Shown: in pieces, positions 57,168 through 64,000 of the stretch
Numbering within the stretch: position 1 is the stretch's first letter
Layout: every line of letters starts with the position of its first letter
From: a virus
Reading direction: 5' to 3' (one strand)
Virus record (IMG/VR): IMGVR_UViG_3300046542_000335
Coordinates: 10,702-74,701 of that record
Length of the DNA: 64,000 nucleotides
Program-made: the position numbers and the translations under genes
The notes under the pieces: generated by a model
What the model was told of the DNA's origin: nothing
The model's database searches: none
The model's input: only the letters and a program-made list of their open reading frames with translations

Positions 57168-59020
57168 GCGATGAACAAGGAATCGGCAACGAAGGCACCA
57201 GTGCCCAGTTGCCAGAAGAAGGACACCGCTCCCCGCGAGCAGAAGACTTCTCCATCGAGTCCGGCGCGGCTGACGCGGCTGAACTCCAACCTGCGGGCGG
57301 TCTGAACGAGTTCCCGAAAGACGGGCACGAATGGCCTCAAGAGGAAGCTGTAGCGCGTTCGGGTATGGAGACTCTTCAGGCTGCTGCTGCGATGCTCGAA
57401 TCGGCAGAACCTGCACCAGCTCCCAGCGCTGAGGTTGCTCCGCAAGCACCGACTGCTGAGGAACCGGCGGAGGAAACTCCAGCACCTGCCTTGCCATGGG
57501 CCGGTGACATCATCGAACGACTGAACTGCACTGAAGAGCTGCCAGTCTTTGGTGACGACATCATCCAGACCCTGGGCTCCATCGCCCTCTCGAACTTCGA
57601 GACCCAAGAGCTGGAAGTGATTCGTCGTGGCATCTACGGCCGTATCTTCGCTGCACAGAAGACGCGTCATGCGATCGTCAAGACCGGTCAGCGTCATCCG
57701 TTCGCCGGCGTGGACATGGACCAGAAGACGGTCTACATGACTCGCGAAGAGCTGGAGGCCGTGAACAACGTGACCTCGTACAGCAAATCGCTGCGCGTAG
57801 GCTTCGGCCACAAGATCTTCGAAGAAGACACCTGGAACAACCTGCCGTCCAACGGTGATCAGAAGATCGCGATCACTGCCAACAACCCGGCCAAGAGCAA
57901 CGACCCCGTGATGCGGATTCGTGGCCAACTGGGCCTGGCAACTGAAGGTAACGCGGTACTGTGGCACTCCGGTCTGCACCTGACTCTGGTAGGTCCTCCG
58001 GTTCTCGACCAACTGCGCTTGGAAACCAAGTTGCTGGACGAGAAGATCTCGATGGCTCGCGAAAGCAATGGCTTGGTGTATTCCGCTTCGTCGGTGTACC
58101 TGAACAAAGCTGTAGCGGACTTCATCCTGAACTACGTCACCAAGTCCACCATCGGTACCACACACCCGGCTGAGCTGAAGAAGGTGATTCTCCTCACCGA
58201 CCTCGAACCTCTGACCCTGGCTGCGGCTGCGACCATCTTCCCGGATGGCTACAACCTGGACCGTCCTTGCCTGACCACTTACGGTGGTTGCGGTGAAACG
58301 TTGACTCGTAAAGTCAACCTGCGTCGTATGTTGTTCGTACGTCGTAGCCGTATTGACGACAACCAGTTCTCGTTGATGGCCAAGCGTTCTGCCCGTGTCG
58401 ACATCAAGACGGTCAAGGCGTATCAGGAATCCATTCGTCCTGAAGTCAGCCGTTACATTGATATCGGTCATGGTCTCAAGGTCAAGATGCGTGTACCTAC
58501 GCTGGCGGACTACGAGCGTCAGGCGACTGCCTGGATGGACGAGATGGACAGCCGTGCGCGTGTGCTGATGACCAGCTACGCCAACGAAGCTGATCGTCAA
58601 ACCTTCATGCTCCGTGCCAACAACATCGCAATGGTCATGACCTACAGCCACTGGATTGAAGCCGTGGTTGAAGAAGACGAGAATTCGGCTGATGGCCTGA
58701 AGACCGTTCTGACTCGCGTGTTGGCTGGTGAGGAAGCTGACGACCTCGAACTCCAGTACCAAGCGGACCAGGATCTGGATCGCCTGCTGGAATCCTTCGC
58801 GGATGACGGTGACCTGACGGCGAAGATCGCTGACGGTATCGAGAAGTTCATCAACGCGATGACCCTCGCCACCACGGCAGTTCCGAAATCCAAGTGCCCT
58901 TCGTGCGGCGTTCCACTCACCGGTGACGCTCTGTCGAAACACCCTCACCTGGTAAGCATCAACCCAATCGAAGTTTTTTTTACCCTAATCCACCACAAAG
59001 TCAAGCAAGCTGGCGGGTAA
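57164..59020 (+). CDS. Putative tail/baseplate-hub assembly chaperone (T4 gp26-like pattern; probably phiKZ gp77-like)
   Basis: Split Zn ligands 'C......C' and 'CPSCG', 'VKMRVPTLADY', terminal 'INPIEVFF'; T8 slippery run at 58974-58981. Confidence 0.55.
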   Translation: MSDEQGIGNEGTSAQLPEEGHRSPRAEDFSIESGAADAAELQPAGGLNEFPKDGHEWPQEEAVARSGMETLQAAAAMLESAEPAPAPSAEVAPQAPTAEEPAEETPAPALPWAGDIIERLNCTEELPVFGDDIIQTLGSIALSNFETQELEVIRRGIYGRIFAAQKTRHAIVKTGQRHPFAGVDMDQKTVYMTREELEAVNNVTSYSKSLRVGFGHKIFEEDTWNNLPSNGDQKIAITANNPAKSNDPVMRIRGQLGLATEGNAVLWHSGLHLTLVGPPVLDQLRLETKLLDEKISMARESNGLVYSASSVYLNKAVADFILNYVTKSTIGTTHPAELKKVILLTDLEPLTLAAAATIFPDGYNLDRPCLTTYGGCGETLTRKVNLRRMLFVRRSRIDDNQFSLMAKRSARVDIKTVKAYQESIRPEVSRYIDIGHGLKVKMRVPTLADYERQATAWMDEMDSRARVLMTSYANEADRQTFMLRANNIAMVMTYSHWIEAVVEEDENSADGLKTVLTRVLAGEEADDLELQYQADQDLDRLLESFADDGDLTAKIADGIEKFINAMTLATTAVPKSKCPSCGVPLTGDALSKHPHLVSINPIEVFFTLIHHKVKQAGG

Positions 59021-59106
59021 CACTCGAAGGCAAGCGTGAGTATCATCACGTCTCGCTGTTAGGCTTTGGTCGCAATAAATACCCTTACGCGAAAGGTAGT
59101 CCTATC

Positions 59107-59526
59107 ATGGACAACATCCTGAACTGGAAGGGTAAGGACGACTGGACTGCACAACTGGCGATGATGGAGACGTACGATCAGTTTTACGGCATCTTCGACC
59201 ATGAGTCGCATTTGCTCGATGATCCCCTCTCTGTCATCGGTATGCATCCAGCCGAAAACGCGATCACTGGTTCACGGCTAGAACTGATGAGTTTAGAATT
59301 GGTGGCCTGTCGCCTTCCTGAGCTGACTAACACTCCTCTGCTTGAACTCCTGTCCTACCCTCGCTGGTTCCTGGATAAACTCCTGGAAGATGGTAGGAAG
59401 GTGCGCAAGGCCGAGGAAGAGGAAGCTGAGAAGATGCGTAAGAACCTGGAAGAACTCAACGCTAATAAGCCTGGGAACAAAGGGAACAAACGCGGACAGA
59501 AGAACGGCAACACGTTACCGGTCTAA
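59107..59526 (+). CDS. Downstream chaperone-like ORF; possibly the -1 frameshift extension of 57164..59020
   Basis: Its frame is open back to the slippery site; 'LLELLSYPRWFLDKLL...EEEAEK' resembles small tail-chaperone C-terminal modules. Confidence 0.6.
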   Translation: MDNILNWKGKDDWTAQLAMMETYDQFYGIFDHESHLLDDPLSVIGMHPAENAITGSRLELMSLELVACRLPELTNTPLLELLSYPRWFLDKLLEDGRKVRKAEEEEAEKMRKNLEELNANKPGNKGNKRGQKNGNTLPV

Positions 59527-59534
59527 ACGTGGTG

Positions 59535-59576
59535 AGCATAGACACCCCTGGGCGCAAACCCAGGGGTGTCTATGCT
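59535..59576. terminator. 18-bp AGCATA...TATGCT hairpin between convergent genes
   Basis: AGCATAGACACCCCTGGG-CGCAAA-CCCAGGGGTGTCTATGCT. Confidence 0.8.
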
Positions 59577-59578
59577 GT

Positions 59579-60919
59579 TTACAGTGACTGGACGATAGCA
59601 GCTTTGTAACGGGTGATCACAACCATCGACGCCGGGGATACCTGCGCGCGGTTCTTGCTGATAAAGGAATCCATCCCTTTCACCACGCCCAAGCAGGCGT
59701 TAGCCACATCCAACATCGCCGTATCACGCGTACCGATGATCAGGCTAGCCAGAGCTTGCAGATCGGTCAGTGCGGACACGTTCACGCTCACCTGGTTGAT
59801 GAACGGGATCACGATGCGGGTGTAGACATCTTCAAGACCTGGATCGAGGTTCTTGTCCACGTCGTAGTCTTGCAGCTTACGCAGCGAGGCTTCCAGACGC
59901 TTGCGACTTTCTGTCAAGTCGGACGGAACCAGATCGCCCCATTGCTCGATGCGCAGTTCGGCCATCATTGCAGTGAGTTCAGCAGGCTTGAGTTCGACAC
60001 GGTTGTTGCTTTGGCTACGGAAGGTGCCCGTGACGTAACTGACCATGGACTTGAACGGCGTCAAGCGTGGGTCGGTACGCATGTTGGACTTCCAGCCCCA
60101 CTGATTGGCAATCTGAGCCAACGCAGGAGTGGTCATGTCAAACATCTGGGCCTTGGCAACCGCAGCACCGATATCGTTGGCAGTGCGTGCACCGCCCAGG
60201 TCGGTCATGAACTGTTCGATCATGATGGCCATTGGAACCGTACGCAGGAGTAGGGTATCGACGAAGATGCCGACGATCTGCTTGCTACGCACTTGGTCAG
60301 TGGTCACGACGTGCTTGAGGGCATTCCAGTTCTTGCTGAGGTTCTGAGCGGCGCTGCCGATGTTGCGACGCTGCCATGGACCCCAGTCTTCAGCAGCCTT
60401 GCTGTCGTTGAGCAGTTTGTCGACTTCGACAATGTAACGCTGCATTGCGTCGACGCGAGGGCCGATCTTATCCACCTCTACCGTACGCTTCTTCCCGTTC
60501 ACCAGGTTGTCCCACACACGAGTCAGCGACTCACGCAGGAACTTGACGATCTTGAAGAAGGCTTCTTTCAACGCCACCAGGACGGTGCGCACGATGCTTT
60601 CGTTCGATACTTCGAAGTTGACCCGGCTAGGCTCTTCGGTGAAGCTGTTGAGCGGGTACCGTACCAGCATGCGCTTGATGGCAGGGTAAGTCTCGGCCAG
60701 GTGGCTTACCGGTTCGATATCCGTCCGGCAAACAAACCCGCGTTCATTGATGCGCTGGAAAGTAGAGAAGACCAGTTCGGCCTCTTCGTACTCTTTGCTG
60801 AAGATCGGGTTAGCGATCTGATCACGGAACCCAGCTTCGTTATCGACACGCTCGTTGAAGTCGACTTCAGCCGATTCGATCGAGAGTGTGTTGAGAGAGG
60901 TTACAGCGTTCATGCTCAT
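59579..60919 (-). CDS. Putative internal head (ejection) protein
   Basis: Acidic N-terminal propeptide with S-x-E sites ('LSIES', 'VSNES') followed by amphipathic 'FFKIVKFLRESLTRVW', as in phiKZ-type head proteins. Confidence 0.65.
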   Translation of the reverse strand: MSMNAVTSLNTLSIESAEVDFNERVDNEAGFRDQIANPIFSKEYEEAELVFSTFQRINERGFVCRTDIEPVSHLAETYPAIKRMLVRYPLNSFTEEPSRVNFEVSNESIVRTVLVALKEAFFKIVKFLRESLTRVWDNLVNGKKRTVEVDKIGPRVDAMQRYIVEVDKLLNDSKAAEDWGPWQRRNIGSAAQNLSKNWNALKHVVTTDQVRSKQIVGIFVDTLLLRTVPMAIMIEQFMTDLGGARTANDIGAAVAKAQMFDMTTPALAQIANQWGWKSNMRTDPRLTPFKSMVSYVTGTFRSQSNNRVELKPAELTAMMAELRIEQWGDLVPSDLTESRKRLEASLRKLQDYDVDKNLDPGLEDVYTRIVIPFINQVSVNVSALTDLQALASLIIGTRDTAMLDVANACLGVVKGMDSFISKNRAQVSPASMVVITRYKAAIVQSL

Positions 60920-60939
60920 GTCCTTCTAATGTAACGACG

Positions 60940-61356
60940 TTATACGGCAAGTCCTTCGCGGATCAAGGCGACGGCGCGTTCTACGTCTTCGGCTGTGATC
61001 AACAGTTCGGTGGTTTCTGGAGCGATGACCCGAACGTCGTTACCTTCGTACAGGTCCAGAGCTTTCGGGCGGAAGGCTTTCTCGTGACGGCAAGCCCAGA
61101 CGCGGTAACCGATCTCCATGGAACGATCCACAGCGAAAGGAATGCATTCGTTGATCTGGTCGAGGACCGATTGGACCTGTTCGGCGTTGGCGTAAAAGTA
61201 GTTACGCAGTTCGCCGGGTGGGAGTTCGTTACTTGGCAACGGAACGATAATGCCAGTCGCCAGGCCCAGTTGTGCGGTGATGCGTTGACGCCGTTGTTCG
61301 ATCATGACGCCATCCGGGAGGACGGCAAGTTCTTGGGCGATGGCGAGTTTGTTCAT
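60940..61356 (-). CDS. Small putative virion protein
   Basis: 138 aa within the head-protein operon. Confidence 0.6.
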   Translation of the reverse strand: MNKLAIAQELAVLPDGVMIEQRRQRITAQLGLATGIIVPLPSNELPPGELRNYFYANAEQVQSVLDQINECIPFAVDRSMEIGYRVWACRHEKAFRPKALDLYEGNDVRVIAPETTELLITAEDVERAVALIREGLAV

Positions 61357-61363
61357 CGGAGTT

Positions 61364-62677
61364 CTATCCTTTCAGGGATGCAGCGGCTTCATACAAACGG
61401 TTATTGGCCAGGGACTCATGCACAGTGGCCTGACCCACAGCATGAGTACGCCCCATCACCAGGTTATACGCCCCAGTGAAGGCCTTAGCGAGGACGTCGC
61501 CATATTTGTGAACGTTGTTCAATTCAACGTCGATGACCGCAAGATCTGCCATCACCTGCTTGCGCACATCTTCATTGAGTTTGGTGTTCTTGAGGAAGCC
61601 TACCAACTCACGACGGATCGATACGGTACGCTCCAACGGCGTCTCACGATCAGCCAGGCCGAAGCGGTCGTTCAGGTAGTCATGCGCCGAGGCTTTCAAC
61701 AGAGGACCGGCAATGGCGAGGGCATAGCCTTTAAGGATGCTCAGCGTCAGCTTGAAGGCACCAGCCGTTATGTTCTTGAACGGGAAGGTTACGACCGACA
61801 TCAGGTTAGCAGTCACACCCACCCACTTAGGATCGTAGCCAGAAGCCGACAGGAGGAGGTTGCGGCTGCGTTCGATCTTACCGAAGGCGGTGACCAGGCT
61901 AGCGCCCAACAGGAAGCGAGACGCGAACTGATCCGCTACACGTTCACTCAGACGGTTACCCACGTACTTGGAGGACATGCGATCCTGGATACGCTTCTCC
62001 TGACCCTGTTGTACGCAGACTACGATGTCCATCATGTCGCCGATCTGATCAGGGACTTCACCACCGGCCATCATGATCGCTGCACGACCTACTTCGAAGA
62101 TACGTTCAGCCGGAGCATCTGGACCCAACTTACCCACCGACTCAGCGAGGATGGTGTTGGTGATGACCGTCTGACCCATGAACTCGAGGATCGTCCAGGC
62201 GTGACCCAGTTCGTGGATGTAGACAGCCGTCAGCTCTTTCGGATCGAGTAGGCCATCAAACATCTGAGGCGTGAAGCGCACGATGAAGTTGATCAGACTA
62301 TAGAAGCCTGAGACCTTCACCTTCTGCATGTCGATCTTGCCAGACAGCAATTCGTCAGGTACGAAGTTGGTGTAATCGAGCGCAGCCACTTTGGCCAGCA
62401 TCTTTGGCATGAGTGGGTTGAAGGAAGCAACCTGTGGCGGTCTGATGCTACACAGGTACTTACCAGCGATGAATTCCGCTTCCATGTACCCGAAGGTCAC
62501 TTGGATGCCGATCTCGTCCATGGTGAGCTTAGCGAGCTTCTCCAGCTGCTGCATGACGATCGAGTAGTCGTCTTTGTTCTCGAGGCAGGTGGCGAAGACT
62601 TCAGCCACGCGTTTAGGGAAGATGCTGTTAACCTGGACGGTAATGGCCTCGGTAGACAGGTCAGAGAGATCGAGCAT
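61364..62677 (-). CDS. Putative virion head protein with a zincin (HExxH) motif
   Basis: N-terminal 'LSTEA' site; 'YIHELGH' and 'SERVADQFA'. Confidence 0.65.
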   Translation of the reverse strand: MLDLSDLSTEAITVQVNSIFPKRVAEVFATCLENKDDYSIVMQQLEKLAKLTMDEIGIQVTFGYMEAEFIAGKYLCSIRPPQVASFNPLMPKMLAKVAALDYTNFVPDELLSGKIDMQKVKVSGFYSLINFIVRFTPQMFDGLLDPKELTAVYIHELGHAWTILEFMGQTVITNTILAESVGKLGPDAPAERIFEVGRAAIMMAGGEVPDQIGDMMDIVVCVQQGQEKRIQDRMSSKYVGNRLSERVADQFASRFLLGASLVTAFGKIERSRNLLLSASGYDPKWVGVTANLMSVVTFPFKNITAGAFKLTLSILKGYALAIAGPLLKASAHDYLNDRFGLADRETPLERTVSIRRELVGFLKNTKLNEDVRKQVMADLAVIDVELNNVHKYGDVLAKAFTGAYNLVMGRTHAVGQATVHESLANNRLYEAAASLKG

Positions 62678-62783
62678 AGCGGTGTCCTTCGGATGGGTTT
62701 TATACATACACTTTTCACGAGGCGCATTAATTAATTACAGGGCCTGATCATTGGATAGTTAACTAAGCAGGATCACCGAATCA

Positions 62784-64000
62784 ATGAATCGTAAAGAAGC
62801 TGATGCCATTATTGCTAGCCTACAACCTGGCGATATCGTGGCGCGTGAATGTAAGCACATTACCTACACCACTTCGAGCGGTGAAGGTTCGCGTGACGAC
62901 ATGCTCACCATTAAGGAATACCTGATCCTCAAAGACGGTCGCCGTATCCCGAACCTGCGCATGCGCAAGAACTTCGAGCGTCCGTACTGGGTGACCAAGC
63001 CACACTTCCGGACTCACCCGGACAAGATCCAGTTCGAAGACCTGGCTCGTGTGGACATGTTCAAATCCACCCAAATGAACCTGCGTCAAGACATCTGTTT
63101 CCGTCTTGGCTTCGGCAACCCGGCGCATGGCGTGAAGATGTTGGCACGCAGTCCTTACCTCTACGGTCTGGATGCTGGTCCTGAAGTCTTCATGAAGCAA
63201 ACTTACGCTGAGAAGTGGCCAGACACCTTCCGTCCGAACAAGGTCACCGTGATCGACTCCGAGACCGACGTGCATGGCGACTGGAACCGTCCGATCCTCT
63301 GGTCGGCAGTAAGCGACGACGGCATTCAGCTGTACGTGGCTAAAGAATGGTGTCCTGAGATCACCGACTTCACGGAACAGGTTATCCGTGAATACAAGTT
63401 GGCGTTGGTTGATTGGCAACAACAGGTCATCAAGAAACTCAAGAACAAGGAAACTGGCGAATACCCATCGTTCCTTGATGACATCATGAAGATGCCGGTC
63501 ACCGTGCATGAACTGTCCGACCACTACGCCATCACCAAGGGTGTAGTTGATCACCTGCACGACACACAGCCAGACCTCGTGACTGGTTGGAACGTGATGT
63601 ACGACGTGAAGGTAATCGAAGCGTCTTGCCAACACGCGGGTGTGGACGTGGTAGACCTGGTGTCCGATGATCGGGTGCCTTACGAGTTCCGTAACGTCTA
63701 CTTGAAACAAGGTCAAGCCGTCAAGCGTACCGCCTCTGGTCGTGAAATGCGTCTGGATCCTCAAGAGCGTTGGGACATCTCGTTGACAACCTCTTCCTGG
63801 CGCATCCAGGACGCGATGCAGACGTATTGGCAGTTGCGTAAGGCGAAGGGTAAGGAATCGGGCGGTTACGGCTTAGACGCAGTTCTGACGCGTCAGTTGG
63901 GTATCGGTAAGGTCAAGTACGATGTAGAAGACTCGGCGATCCCATCGGGTACTCTGCACTGGCACATGGACATGCAGAAGAACCACAAAGTCCGTTACGG
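62784..64000 (+). CDS. Split DNA polymerase, 3'-5' exonuclease-containing subunit (phiKZ gp82-like), truncated by the window end
   Basis: Frame open from ATG 62784 (MNRKEADA...ECKHITY...RPYWVTK); ExoI 'VIDSETDV', ExoII 'TGWNVMYDV', 'GYGLDAVL'. Confidence 0.85.
   Translation, partial: MNRKEADAIIASLQPGDIVARECKHITYTTSSGEGSRDDMLTIKEYLILKDGRRIPNLRMRKNFERPYWVTKPHFRTHPDKIQFEDLARVDMFKSTQMNLRQDICFRLGFGNPAHGVKMLARSPYLYGLDAGPEVFMKQTYAEKWPDTFRPNKVTVIDSETDVHGDWNRPILWSAVSDDGIQLYVAKEWCPEITDFTEQVIREYKLALVDWQQQVIKKLKNKETGEYPSFLDDIMKMPVTVHELSDHYAITKGVVDHLHDTQPDLVTGWNVMYDVKVIEASCQHAGVDVVDLVSDDRVPYEFRNVYLKQGQAVKRTASGREMRLDPQERWDISLTTSSWRIQDAMQTYWQLRKAKGKESGGYGLDAVLTRQLGIGKVKYDVEDSAIPSGTLHWHMDMQKNHKVRY

Noticed and set aside
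6335-63764. Many other long antisense ORFs (e.g. 6335-8074, 9276-10949, 25726-27528, 30127-32139, 44432-46573, 57128-58948, 62820-63764)
   Set aside because: Each lies opposite a motif-bearing gene, with the V/D/H/Q-rich composition typical of shadow frames.
1-64000. tRNA, rRNA, CRISPR arrays, transposases or integrases
   Set aside because: None recognised by eye; intergenic gaps are short and explained by hairpins and promoter motifs. tRNAscan-SE or Infernal would be needed to exclude atypical RNAs.

Overview
This window is a 64-kb segment of a phiKZ-like, nucleus-forming jumbo phage (Chimalliviridae); the host cannot be determined from the sequence. It holds tail tube and sheath genes divergent from a structural-protein/large-terminase operon, then an accessory block, the phage tubulin PhuZ, an array of about 9 small overlapping genes and one half of the split family-B DNA polymerase. 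The phage-nucleus core follows: chimallin ChmA, four non-virion RNAP subunits (one with NADFDGD), an SbcD/Mre11 nuclease, ChmC-like and PicA/Imp1-like genes, and an SF2 helicase. After that come a virion RNAP beta' fragment, head proteins and the 5' part of the exonuclease half of the polymerase. Homolog assignments come from motifs plus recalled phiKZ gene order, not from database searches. The best leads are: (1) a T-TTT-TTT site predicting a -1 frameshift that fuses a tail/baseplate-chaperone-like gene to its neighbour; (2) Arg/Asp mixed-charge disordered tails on several nucleus-linked proteins, two ending GR(P)AW; (3) a tandem array of divergent small paralogs next to phuZ; (4) an origin-like non-coding region built from GNA-triloop DNA hairpins; (5) a perfect bacterial SSB tip (FDDDIPF) on the ChmC-position protein; (6) three recurring cis-motif families. 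I saw no tRNA, rRNA, CRISPR array or IS element.
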